The position numbers and the translations under genes were made by a program. Positions 1 to 11,932 of a stretch of DNA of 64,000 bases are shown here, in pieces. The first letter of the stretch is position 1. Every line of letters starts with the position of its first letter. The notes under the pieces were generated by a model that searched no databases, was not told the origin of the DNA, and saw only the letters and a program-made list of their open reading frames with translations. The stretch lies in the NCBI RefSeq assembly GCF_001447785.1, contig NW_015174844.1:1820548-1884547 (forward strand). The letters run 5' to 3'. This DNA is from Gekko japonicus (Eukaryota).

Positions 1-885
1 CTCAATTGTGGCAGGGAGGTCGCGGCGGAGCGCCAAGACTTTATCTGCAAAATAGCTCGCAAAAGCCTCACAGCCAATGTCCAATTCCCTATCATTTTGC
101 CTGCCCTGGGACAGGTCTGTCAGAGACTGAATCGTACTAAATAATTGGGCTGGGCGTGAGCTAGCAGATGCAATCAAGGCCGCATAGAAATCTTTCTTCG
201 CGGCCTTCACTGCCATCTCATAGGCTCTCATAAGCGTCCTATAGGATGATCTTGACGCTTTGTCGCAAGCACGCCGCCACCGTCTCTCTAGTTGTCTCAG
301 CCCTCGTGTCAGCTGCCGCAGTTCCTGGGTATACCAGGGAGCGCGCCTAGAGCGAGTGCGGAGAGGACGCCTGGGAGCGATCTCATCGATGGCAGTGGAG
401 AGCCGAACATGCCAGTCCTCCAGTAGCTCATCCAATGAGCCGTCAGGGGGCCTTGGCTCCCACATCGCCATATGTAGCCGCAATGGGTCCATTTGACCCT
501 GCGGGCGAGCATAAAACTGCCCGCCACCCTCATAGGGTCGGGGTGGTACATTCACTGCCCGCCGCCCTCATAGGTGGTACATTCAGATGGGCCTTCAAAG
601 TCAGGCTGTCCGACCATGGCACTGCCTCAGCAGTGATCCAGTCCACCCTCACCCCCGCCGCAAAGACCAAGTCGAGCATGTGACCGGCCCGATGCGTGGG
701 GGCCAATACAAATTGTGAGAGCCCCAGTGCCGCCATGGACGACACTAGGTCCATAGCCCGGCTGGAGGTCGCATCCTCGGCATGGACATTGAAATCACCC
801 AAGACAATCAGTCTAGGGTGGTCCAACACCCAGCCTGATACGGCCTCCAGCAGGGACGGCAGGCTATTGGCCGGTGCATTAGGGT
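1..885 (-). mobile_element. L2/CR1-clade LINE fragment, ORF2 apurinic endonuclease region (decayed, runs off window start)
   Basis: ORF 530..922(-) has APE motifs: LIVLGDFNVH, PTHRAGHMLDLVF, WSD. GC-rich coding-like sequence continues to base 1. Confidence 0.8.
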
Positions 886-887
886 AA

Positions 888-975
888 GAGTAAGAGTTCA
901 GTAGCACCTTAAAGACTAACAAAATTTGTGGTAGGGTATGAGTTTTTGTGAGTCAATGTTCACTTCATTAGACTT
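888..975 (-). mobile_element. Penelope-like pseudo-LTR fragment with a decayed hammerhead core
   Basis: Minus strand reads CTAATGA-A-GTGAACATTGACTCAC-AAAA-ACTC-ATACCCTACC...GGTGCTACTG, i.e. a CUGANGA/stem II/GAAA layout with mutated core. Related pieces occur at 58813-58885 and ~53291-53342. Confidence 0.55.
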
Positions 976-1141
976 ATTTCCATTTATTCTTTGCAGCTTC
1001 CTGAACTGAATCCTCCTGGACTAAACTGAGACCTAGGTTTCCTGTCTCATTACCAATGCTGATATCTCCATGCTTACAACTCTTCTGCATATCACACCTA
1101 ATCCAATTAAGCCTGTTATTGCCATTCGGCATCTGAAATCA

Positions 1142-1262
1142 TCTTTATAAAGTTTGTATCTCTGCTACCTTGTGTTACATTTTATGGCACACATGGCCCA
1201 GCCTGACAAAGTGACATTTATGTCAGATCCAGCCCTTGCAACAAGTGAGCTCAATACCTCTG
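1142..1262 (-). mobile_element. hAT-type non-autonomous DNA transposon end fragment (same family as 14938-27190)
   Basis: Reverse complement aligns by eye with 14938-15058 (CAGaGGT..GAgCTCAcTTGTT..GGATCTGACATA..CATAAAATGTAA..AAACTTTATAAAG). Confidence 0.65.
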
Positions 1263-3269
1263 CTCTACATGGCTGCCACATCCCTATTCTTCATTCATTA
1301 CATGCTCTTGACTTCCACTCTTTGGTCTGATTTCAATACTTTACTTTTCTTCCTAGCTCTGAATTTATCATATCATCACACCCTCTAAAACGTCATCCCA
1401 TGCTTATCAGTAGAGCAACAAAATCGAACTCCCCAGATATGCAGAAAAATGTGAGTTGGTAAACTTTTTAATATGAAGATTCCCTCCTATGCACCGAAAA
1501 CTATGGGTGTTGAAGGTAGTAGGGGGAAAAGCAAAACAGAGGGGATGGGGAACAGACTTGATCGAACCCATAACAGTTTATAGGATCCTGGAAGGGAAAT
1601 TAATTCTTAAAGTCAAGCAAAGTGTGAAGTCGATGACCCTAATTCCTTCTCCCACTTTGTAGTCCAGGGCTCATATGCGTTCTGCAGTTCAGTAATAGTG
1701 TGGTACTCACTTGGCCCAAATATCGTTACACAAGTTGTACACCAGACTGTTGAGGTTAAACGCTGACCATTATGGCGTAGGTGCTTAGGAGGCTACTCAA
1801 TTCCGCAGCATCTCACTCTTGTGCTATGTGGGGCAATTTCCTAAATCTTTGTCTTAATCTGCAAATCTTCATCTCTCTGCCAGTTTGGATATTTAAATTC
1901 TGTCCTTTTCTTCCATCTCTAATTCAAGACACTGAAAATGTCAAAAAATGTTTTGGTTTTTTTGGTGTATGTGAAGTTGTTCAAAACTACTACAATAGGT
2001 GACAGACCTAGAGAAGCTGGTTTATAGATACAAAAGGGTTTTAATTCTGGTGTATCTGGAAGGATTGTAGTTCATTTTTTAAAGTACTCCGGAATTATGA
2101 ATGATGGCTGTATTATGGTTTTCATTGATAGTGTAAAGGTCTGTTTTCCCTGTCCCAAATACTTTTGATTTCTCTTGCAACTGACTTCAACAAACACCAG
2201 AAAGTCTGTATTCCATTTTAAGATTTTACTAGCTACAAACTAGCTGCCCTGAAATATCTCCTCTCTCTTTCTTTGACCTCAACATCCAGCCTGATGAAGA
2301 GTTTGGGGAATTCAAAAGCCTGCTCACCATTCCATAACATTTTGGTCCATCCTTTACACTACTAGCCCTATTCACAATCTATGTACAATCTATGTAAGGA
2401 GTACCCTTGATGTTTCTTTATACATGTGTTGAGTAAGTTTCATATTCAACACATGTACAACTGAATGTGTGATTCAAATACCACATTTAACCAGGTAGTG
2501 GCCCCTGATTTCATTTTTAAAGTGATTGTACATTGGCTCCTCCTTATAAAGAGGTGTAGGCATGTACATACAAGCTGAATGTGAGCTCACTGTAACATGT
2601 GAAAAAGACTACAGTTATTTAATCTAGAGTATTACACTGCCCTTGGTTGCATGAATGTTTTCCATTTTTAAATCAAATGCATGTTCTTACAGAACATAGA
2701 CATTATCTTCCATGTACTGCCATAATGTAAAAAATCATTAAATGTCACTTAGCTTCCTAGAGAAAAACAATGCCATGTACATTTAATAGAGGCTAAGTGG
2801 GAGGTTCCCCCTCATGGATCACTGCCTTGTGGTTATTTACTTCCATTCCACCAAAAACTGCATCTGCCCGTTTTCACACATTAAGCCTCCATTACCGGGG
2901 GCAGAACACTTTCCCCCAGACCTTAATGTCACTTGTGAAGGCAGCCTAACCCTGCCACCCTTAGCAGGTCTACTCAGAATCCTACTGAAGTCTACACAAT
3001 GAGTCTTAGTCCCAGGAAAGCGTTCTTAGGACTGCCTGTAAAATGCTTCCATCCGTTGCTTTAACATTCTGCAGGAGTTGGATAAAAAATACCCCTTAAA
3101 ACGGGCAGCAATCAATCTTACTTCAAGTAACTGCCTGATCCTACGCCCAGAATCTATGTGTTTTTCAAGTTTAGAACTATGTCTCTTACGAAAGAGGGGG
3201 GGGGGATATGGACAGTGAGGTTTGAGGTAGTCAAGAAGATGGAGATCAGCTGTTGGCAGCGAGGGCATG

Positions 3270-3760
3270 GAGAGTACTGGGGGACGTTTGATGACCACAG
3301 ACTGTTGCCGCGCTTATAATAAGCATGCGCGTTCCCACTAGCCCCCAGCATATGGCTATTCACGAGAAGACGCCGCCCTGGCGGAGAAAGCATGTGGAGG
3401 AGATCACCGAGCTGCTTTCGAAGTCTCCGGGCGGTTTGTTCTTACCCGCAACGGCCACCTCCTTCTCTTCAGTCGCCATGCTGCCTCGACAGCGGTCGCC
3501 GTGGAGATGCTAGGGCAAGCGCTCGCTGTGGCCTCCTCAGCCCCTCCTCGGGCCTCGTCGCTTTGCTACCTGATTTGGCGGCAAACGCTCCGTCTCTGCC
3601 TATCGGCAGGCTGCGTCGCTTGAACAGTAGACCATGGCTTCTCTCTCTCTCCTCCGCGCCGCAGCTTGGCTTTCTCGTGTCCCTTCTCCCTTTACCGTGT
3701 TGTCGAAGGTTAAAAAGAAATTTCTGTCCGCGTAGGAAAATTTGTTAGAGGAAGCAAGAA
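3270..3760. promoter_or_regulatory. CpG island / probable promoter of a minus-strand gene (EFCAB2 candidate)
   Basis: Local GC- and CpG-rich stretch in AT-rich surroundings, containing an ATG and a consensus splice donor on the minus strand. Confidence 0.65.
3446..3479 (-). CDS. EFCAB2: Probable first coding exon of EF-hand calcium-binding domain protein 2 (MATEEKEVAVA, phase-1 donor); the rest of the gene lies outside the window
   Basis: GCAGC-ATG-G Kozak context, 34 nt ending G|GTAAGA, inside a CpG island. Resembles the human EFCAB2 N-terminus (MADEKDRE...) and matches its divergent position upstream of HNRNPU. Identity rests mostly on synteny. Confidence 0.55.
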
Positions 3761-4816
3761 GACGGGAGAGGAAAACAACAATCTAGTGTCAACCTGTTTC
3801 CCCCCCCACAATGCTTTATAAAGAGAGAGAATTACGAGCCATGCGTGGGCTCCTTGCACGCATGGCAGTGGGGATTTTGCAGTTTTATAAGCGTTGATGA
3901 CTGTTCAAGGCGAATTTTGTCATCCGGAAACCTATGGTTATATATATTTTAAAAACACGTTTATTATTAAATAAATTCCACACGTGTGTGACTGTTAAGA
4001 AATGTTGATTAAAATGTTCCGACAGTAGAATTCCTGCTCGTCTCTTAATCACCCTCCTTGCAGAAGCTCTGTGCCTTTTAATAGAGGAAAGACAGAAATT
4101 CCTTTCTTAATTGCTAAATTGAGGATCTGTGTGGCTCAGGTCCGCCTACAAGCAATCAGGTACCCCTCATTTTTCCTGCTGCTGCATCTAACTTTAGCCA
4201 GAAACCCCTTTCCAAAGAACGTTTTGTATTGGTGGTTGTCTTCATTTGCATTAGATTTTGATGCCTGTGAACTGCCTTGGGGTCTGTTTTTACCTGGAAA
4301 ATGTTATTAAAGTATAATAAAGACATACTATGATAGGGAGGCCAGTGCTACCTAATCCCAGGTCTGTAAAACTGGATTATGGTTACTCAGAGGCAGGGGA
4401 AGTGCACATTATAAATGCTAAGAGGTTATTATTACTTCTCATGTAGGTGGCTAAACACTGATACTGTAACAGGATCTAGGGCTCAGATCTGATTTAAATT
4501 AAACTGTAGAAGTTCAGAAAGGGAAGCTGCATATGTTGGGGAAATTTCTGGTTGTTTCTTTCTGTTCATTTGGTAAAGATGTGTTCACTTTAATTAAGAT
4601 TTCATAATTTGCATACTGTTTTAAAAAATGATGTCTAGAATGGGTGGGAGGCATACATGCATTCCATGAATTCAGTTATTTAGTAGATATAGTATGAATT
4701 TTCTCATTGTATCTACAATTGCAAATTACACAGGGCACAGATTTGTGCATCAGTAGCAACTAATATATCCAGCTGTTTAAGTGGTAGAATACCTAGGTAA
4801 GAATTGCCTTTGTGAC

Positions 4817-5810
4817 TAGGGTTGCCAGGTCTGGGCTAGGGAATTTTGGGGAGGGTGGGGTTGGGGGAGGGACCTCAGTGGGGAATAATGCTATAGAGGC
4901 CACCTTCTAAAGCAGCCGTTTTCTCCAGGGGAAGTGATCTCTGTAAAATAAGAACATAAGAAGAGCCCTGGAGAATCTGAAGTGCGTGAAGGTGAGAAGA
5001 AATATTGTTCCTACTCTCTGCATACCATTAATAGTCTCTTCTCTTTCCTCTGTTCATAGTGTTACAAATAGCTATTGCATCCTCTTTATTACTTGTTTTT
5101 CTAACCTAAAATGCTCCAAATGTCTTTTAATTAGCAGAGTTTCTCTGCCTTTTGGAATAATTCCCAATACTGAATTTGCCTTTTCACTGTGTGCCAAGTT
5201 GGTTTCCAGTGAGCTCATACCTTTAAGATTTTGTTCTTGGGTGGTCACAGATAGTTCACGCCCCATCAGCCTGTATATGAAATAAGGGCTCTTTTGAATT
5301 TCACTCTTTTGAATTTCACCAGCATGAATAATTGGATATTATCCAGGCAATTTTTTCTGCCTCACCAGTCTCTCATTGTTCCAGTTAAATTCATAGTAAA
5401 TTCAACAACACAGTTCTGAAATCCGATACAAGTCCTTAGGAGACCTCAGCTAGGGTTGCTGACTCTGAGTTGGGAAATTCCTGAAGATTTAGGGGTACAG
5501 CCAGGGGAGGGACTAGGGTTGCCAGCTTTGGGTTGGGAAATATCTGGAGATTTTGGAGGCTGAGCCTAAAAGGGTGGGGTTTGGTGAGGGGAGGGACTTC
5601 AATGTCTGTCACATGGAGATCAGGTGTAAAGCAGATCTCCAGCCACCACCAGCAGGTTTGGCAACCATAAGAGAGACCTCAGTGGGGTATAATGACACAG
5701 CCTACGCTCCAAAGCAGCCATTTTCTCTAGGGGGACTGATCTCTGTTGTTTGTGGATCATTTGTAATTCTGGGAAATCTTTGTGCCCCTCCTGGATATTG
5801 GCAACCCTAG
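4817..5810. mobile_element. Cluster of MITE-like repeats with TAGGGTTGCCA...TGGCAACCCTA termini, interleaved with a CR1 fragment (~5075-5300, -)
   Basis: TAGGGTTGC starts at ~4817, ~5451 and ~5514, with the inverted TGGCAACCCTA at ~5799-5809. Internal block GACCTCAGTGGG..AAAGCAGCC.TTTTCTC.AGGGG...TGATCTCTGT is repeated at ~4872-4944 and ~5675-5745. Confidence 0.6.
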
Positions 5811-6812
5811 ACATCACTCCTTCAGTTTTGAAAACTGTCTGTTCCCGCCAGCCCCATACCCAGAAACAATTTGTTTGGGGGGCCCCAAGGGGGCAGCTTA
5901 GTACAGCGGAACTGATTACATCACGGGGTTGTTGTCAGGGAAATATAGAGGAGAGACATGGCTAGGTAAGAGTTAATGGGTAAAAAACCGGTGTGGAGGA
6001 GCAGCACCTGGGGCAGTACAGAAATAATAAAGACAGACCAAGATTTCTGTCTGGGAGTTGTATTCTCTCTGAAGTGCTGTGCATTGCTCCAGAATCAAAG
6101 CCTACCCCCAGAAGATCCAAGACGTCTGGTAAGTGTTGCTGAAGGAGCTGGGAGCTAGCTAGCAGCAGGACAATAACCCCCTGAGCAGCCCCTTAACCCC
6201 TCGTGCCAATGGGCTATTCTCCTTGCATCCTCTTCCTACCCCTCCCTCAGCCTTTGCAGGCAATCTGAGAGAAGCGCAACGACAGGAACTTTGTCTTCCA
6301 CCTCCTGAAGCAGTTCAGGTGTTACAACCACACCAAAGACAATAGGGAACCCTTAGCATACAAGTATAGCCACAAATAACACCCACCAAGGGAAGACCAT
6401 CCACAATTCACAACTATATATGCTCAAAACTGTATATTGCATTAATTGAAATACAAAGAAGGGTTAGTGGTCATAACCCAATAGAATGTATAGGCACTTA
6501 TCTAACAGATTGCTCATAACAAGCATATTTTACAAAAAGAACGTGTTCAAAACCAACAGGCTCCTTTGTAATTCCATACATAGATAGTGTCCATAGACCT
6601 CCAAACAGAAAGTAGCTTCAGCAGAAGACACCCACTGTTGAAAGAATAACAGCCATACATCTCTCCCAGGTATCAATCAGATGTTTCAATGATCCTCAAC
6701 AGCGGCTGGTAAAATGGAACTGTGAAGCAATCATAAATATACCTAGAAAGACAGGATTGACTGCATAATGTACTGTTGTTCAGATGCACACTCCAGTCCA
6801 ACTCTTCGCGAC

Positions 6813-7113
6813 TAAAAAGTCCTTAGACATACTCGTGATTTCAGCTCTTTTATTCAGAAAGAACAAGACAACTATACCCGGCTCGCAGGCCGGTTTATAT
6901 CCCTGAAAACCCACACCCAAAACACACCCCACACAAGTAATTGGCTATTTACAATGGTTGAGAGTTCCATAGGCTCTCAGCCGGGAGCCTAGCCCTCTGA
7001 TTGGGGCAGGCTAGGATCTGCTAAACCCATTATTCTAAGGAGCGAAGCTTAGAGGTTTAGCCTGGCCGCGTGGAGCCTTTGTGTGCCACACGGTCGGCGA
7101 TAGATACACTACA
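6813..7113 (-). repeat. 3' LTR of Gypsy element
   Basis: Direct repeat of 11284-11591 (about 17 substitutions and 2 indels by hand count, ~94% identity), preceded on the minus strand by a G-rich polypurine tract. Confidence 0.93.
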
Positions 7114-10100
7114 CCCCTCCCCCCTTGGTCCGAAAGACATCCGCATACATAGTCCTTTGAATATGCCGGAGCTTTACGTTCTATGATGGAACGGTATTGT
7201 CGGAATTGTCGGGGACGCTGATGCTCTCGGCGGAGAGCTGGCCAGCGCCAGCCTGGGGGGCCTCGTCCTCAGTGGCTGGAGAGTCTGTGGGAGGGTGGAC
7301 TGACATAGGGGACTCTGTCTCCGGTGTGTTGACAACCTCAGACTGTGGCTGTGACTCTGGACCATCGGACGTGTAGAGTTCTTCGGTTTCCTCCGGGTCT
7401 AGTGGCAGCACTCGCCGACGCAGTTGGTCGATGTGTCTTTGTAGCACCACTCCATCCTCACAGGCGACCTCGTATGAATGGGTACCCTTGACTCGTACCA
7501 CTCATGCCGGAATCCACAGCGGGCCCTTGGCGTAGTTCCGTGCGTACACGGGGTCCTCAGGGAAGAAACCTCGGGCGGCTTTCTGGTCCTCTGTGTCCGG
7601 CTCGCGTTCTGGAGCCCTATCCGGGTGTAGCCTATCCAGGCGTGTAGTGAGGCGGCGACCCAGGAGCAGTTCGGCAGGGATGCGTCCCATCATGGTGTGT
7701 GGGGTGGTCCGTTGGCCGAAGAGGAAGGAGGCCAACTTGTAGTCCCAGTCCGGTGATTTTAGTCTGCAGAGTGCATCCTTGGTGGTTCTGACCATCTGCT
7801 CTGCTTGGCCGTTCGTGATGGGGTGGAATGGGGCTGAACGCACATGGCAAATTCCATAGTAGGATGTAAACTCCTGTAATTCCCCAGACGTGAACATAGT
7901 GCCATTGTCCATTACCAAGGTGTCCGGGATACCCTGAGCACTGAAGATTCACCACATGGCCTTGATTGCGGATCTTGAGGAGGTGGACAGAATGGGAATG
8001 ACCTCTAGCCATTTGCTAGAGCCGAGACCAGGGGTGGTGGGAGGACTCCCATGCTCTCTCCGGGGCCCTGGGCGGTTCAGGGTGAGAGACCTGGCAGTGC
8101 TGACATTGTTTTACCTTGTCCTCAATGTCCCAATCGAGGTCTGGCCACCAGATGTAGCTCCTCGCTAACGCCTTCATCCTCATGATCCCGGGGTGGTGCT
8201 TGTGTAGAGCCACTATGACTTGTGGCTATAGTGGAGCAGGTATCACCACCCAGACACCCCACATCAGGCACCCTTTGTACATGGACAGTTCATCTTTTCG
8301 TGTGACAAACGGCATGAACTCAGGGCCCTGCTCGGCCGCAGGCCACCCCCTCCCCACCCAGTCCAGGACCCAACAGAGAAACTTGTCCCGGCCCATGAGG
8401 CGGGCCACCTCCCAGACGCGGACCGGGCAATCGGGGAGTGACTCCACGAGGGTGATTGAGTGCACAGGAGTGGGGTACGGGTCCGAGATGGGCAACAGAA
8501 CATGCCTGATGACCTTCCTGGGATGTCCATAACTGTAACCGGCCATGAAAATGGACCAACGCTGGACCAGGGGGAGACCATCTGCGGCATCTGACAGTCG
8601 GGAGCCAGGAGAGCCAGAAGAGGTTTATGGTCCGTCACCACCGTGAAAGGCCGGTCATAGAAATAGTGGTGGAATTTCTTCACATCGGCTACTATCTCTA
8701 ATGCCTCCTTGTCCATCTGTGCGTAATTATGCTCCGCAGAAGACAAGGTCCTAGAGTAGTAGGCGACCAGGACCTCCCAGCTGTCCGGCAACTGGTAACC
8801 CAGGACCGCCCTGACCCCGTAAGAAGAGTCGTCGCAGGCGAGGATGACCAGCAGCGCCTCGTTGAAATGGTGCAAGACGGAGTTAGAAATAAGCAAGTCC
8901 TTGACCCCCTGAAATGCCATGGCGTGAGCAGGCGTCCAGACCCAGGGTGCGTCCTTGTCCAGAAGGTGATACAGGGGCTGTGCCATGGCCGCTTTCAGAG
9001 GCAGAAAAGCATGGTAAAAAATTGAGCAGGCCTAAGAAAGCCTGCAGTTCCGATTTGGAAGTGAGAGTGAGGGCTCCCGTGGGGTGGATTCCCTGGGTGT
9101 CCACCACAAACCCCAGGAATTTGATGTGTGGCACCCCGAGGAGACACTTTTCTTTCTTCACCTTGAGGCCGACGGAGTTGAACCTCTGGAGAACTGCCCG
9201 GAGCCAGTCTGCGAATGTAGTGGAGTCCGGCGCCGTGATGATTACATCATCTAGAAAAGGTTGTACACCTGGGATGCCTTTAAGGAGGGAATCCATAAAT
9301 GACTGGACAATCCCAGGGGCCACACACACACCAAACTGTAGCCTAGTGACTCTAAACGCCCCCTTGTGCGTTGCGATGTTTTGTGCCTTGGCGGCTGCCG
9401 CATCCACTAGCAACTTTTGGTAAGCTTGCGCCGAATCTAGCTTACCAAAGACCCTGGCCCCTGCAAGGGAAGCTAAGATGTGGCTCACCACCAGGACCGG
9501 GTAAGCATGGTCTTTCAAGGCCTTGTTAATAGTGCACTTATAATCGGCACATATGCGGACGTCACCATTTGGTTTGATTGGCGTGACGATGGGGGTCTCC
9601 CAGCGTGCGGATGCAACTGGTTCCAACACCCCTTGCTCGATGAGCCTGTTGAGCTCTGCCTCTATTTTGGCTCGCATCGCGATGGGGGGAAGTTGTGCCT
9701 TAATGCGGACGGGGCACATGTTGGGATCTAGGTCCAGAGAAATTAGGGCCCTGGTGTACCGCCCCAGAGACCCATCAAACACTTTGGGGAACTCCCCGCA
9801 AACTGCCTCAAAATCCGACAACCGGATCTGGTGTGCCCCCTTATCTTGAGACCCAGAGGCGCGAACCATGACAGTCCCAATAAGCTGGACAGGTGCCCTT
9901 CCACCATCAACAGGTCCAGCAGCCCCCCAAAATCCATAAATTGGACCCGGAACTTACCCCAGCCACGGACCGCCACAGGGCTCTTATTGAAGTCCCGCAA
10001 CATGAGGCCCTGTGACTTGTGCAACCGGGGTCCCCATTGCGGGCATAGAGAACGGAGGGTGTTGGCCGAGATATATAAAAGGACAAGCCCGAGTCAGTTT

Positions 10101-11262
10101 CCATCCTACAGGGGGACCCTTCGATATGGACAGTCACATGCACCTTGTCCGGGCCATCCAGGGGTAAGTTACATACCGTTTATTGGTAATGGTTCGAAAC
10201 GGTGTGGAGATCCGATGAATCCAGCTGCACCTTTGTCTTCTCCCATTGCCCCTTTGAGCAGCAGACTCTTGCCAGATGTCCAGCCTTGTTGCAGGTCCGG
10301 CAAACGGCGTCACAGAATGTGCATGTCCGGCGCTTGTGAGCGTCACCGCAGCTGGTGCAGGTCGAGGAGCTGGGAGGTGCTTTGGCTGAGGATGACCCTT
10401 TGGCGCGTTGTGAGTGCTGAAACAAATGTCGGTTGACTTATAGAACTTCCTTGTCGCTGGAGCCGTCGGAACCCGCCATTGCTTGTACGATGTGGACCGC
10501 CTTGGCACGGCGGTCGGAGTGCGACTTCTCATAGGCTGCTGCTTCCCTGATTGCCTTCTCTAGGTCAAGGTCATCATGACCGACGGGTTTTCGCTGCAAC
10601 TTGGGCTTCCGGAGACCCACCAAGAATTGGTTTAAGAGTGCCTCCACCAGGTCCAAGAAAGCTCATCTTGTGGCTGCCCGTCGCAGCCCGGCCAGGAAGT
10701 CAGAGTCCGACTTGTCTGGTCCCTGGACTCTCACGAAAAAGTCTATCCTCTCTGCGAACTTAGTGGGTTTGGGGGCCAGGTGATCCGTTAACGCCTTTAC
10801 CAGCATGTCGTAGGTCGCAGCCGCTTCTTTGGTCAGTCGGGGCGCCATCAGGTCCTTCAACAAGAAGTGTGCCTCGATTCCGCAGTACCGTATGAGATGG
10901 GCCTTTTTCTTGCAAGGATCCGTGATGTCGTTTATGTTGAAGTGGTTTTCAAGTGTTTCCAGCCAAGTCTCCCATTGAGCGAGGCAGGAGATGTCGAATT
11001 CGGGCAAACTCTCATAACCAGCGGCCATCTTAGTGACACGTGGAGTAGTTGGTGGCAGTTGCTCGGGTGCGGTGGAGGAGGCAGCCAATGAAGAGATGGA
11101 GGTAGAGGCGGGGCTGCGCTCGGAGTCAGCGATGCCTGGAGCAGTACGGTGCGTGGTGATTGGAGCGGCAGGACATGAGTCGTGGTGGCGGTTGTTGCTC
11201 TCGATGCTGAAGCGCAATGCGGTGCTCGTCTCTTGGTCATTGTTCATGGGAGGGAGATCTCA

Positions 11263-11282
11263 GAATCCCACCTTCGTCGCCA
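11263..11282 (-). other. Primer-binding site complementary to the 3' end of tRNA-Ser(GCU)
   Basis: Minus strand TGGCGACGAAGGTGGGATTC, 1 nt after the 5' LTR. Plus strand GAATCCCACCTTCGTCG-CCA resembles the vertebrate tRNA-Ser(GCU) 3' end as recalled. Confidence 0.8.
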
Positions 11283-11283
11283 C

Positions 11284-11591
11284 TAACAAGTCCTTAGACA
11301 TACTCGTGATTTCAGCTCTAAGACTTTTATTTGGAAAGAACAAGACAACTATACCCGGCTCACAGGCCAGTTTATATCCCCGAAAACCCCACACCCAAAA
11401 CACACCCCACACAAGTAATTGCCTATTTACAGTGGCTGAGAGTTCCATAGGCTCTCGGCCGGGAGCCTAGCCCTCTGATTGGGGCGGGCTAGGATCCACT
11501 AAACCCATTATTCTAAGGAGCGAAGCTCGGAGGTTTAGCCTGGCCGCGTGGAGCCTTTGTGTGCCACGCGGTCAGCGATAGATACACTACA
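11284..11591 (-). repeat. 5' LTR of Gypsy element
   Basis: Starts TGTAGTG on the minus strand, ends ...TGTTA, and is followed by the PBS. Confidence 0.93.
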
Positions 11592-11932
11592 GCGACCCCA
11601 TGGACCACATCACGCTAGGCCCTCCTATCTTCTGCCATCCTCTGGAGTTTGCTCAATTCATGTTCGTTGCACTTTCTAACTACCTCATCCTTTGTCGTCC
11701 CCTCCTTTTTTTACCTTTGATCATTCCAGCATTTATATATCAACTCAAAACCATAGAAAAAATGTATCTCACTCTAATTTCAAAAATAACATAGGCACAA
11801 CTTAATAGCTTCAATGGAATCCTAGGGTTCTTTACAATGCTCTTTGTCATTAATGGAGGCATTTTTTGCGCATGCAGTTCTAATCAGGTGGAAGATATTG
11901 TTCACTGTATTTCACACTGTCCTCACTATGGG

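Larger units (their letters stand above)
6813..11591 (-). mobile_element. Full-length, inactivated Ty3/Gypsy LTR retrotransposon (Mag-like): LTR-PBS-gag-PR-RT-RNaseH-IN-PPT-LTR
   Basis: Two ~300-bp LTRs (11284-11591 and 6813-7113) and a 5-bp TSD GCGAC (6808-6812 / 11592-11596). Gag zinc knuckle CRTCNKAGHLARVC; RT ICADYK..FLDD; RNase H LACDDS..TDHKPL; integrase HPGIMRMK..DNGTMF. Purine tract next to the 3' LTR. Many stops and frameshifts. Confidence 0.95.
6775..11735 (-). mobile_element. RTE/BovB-like LINE 3' fragment split by the Gypsy element (pieces ~6775-6812 and 11592-~11735)
   Basis: Removing the Gypsy and one TSD gives GTCCAACTCTTC-GCGAC-CCCATGGACCAC...CTCATCCTTTGTCGTCCCCT, the antisense 3' end typical of BovB/RTE LINEs. 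Confidence 0.65.

Noticed and set aside
1711-1931. Minus-strand segment bounded by AG and GTGAGT as a possible EFCAB2 exon 2
   Set aside because: No resemblance to an EF-hand protein and stops occur early in the frames checked.
11263-11282. tRNA-like sequence ending in CCA
   Set aside because: Only 20 nt and adjacent to an LTR: a primer-binding site, not a tRNA gene.
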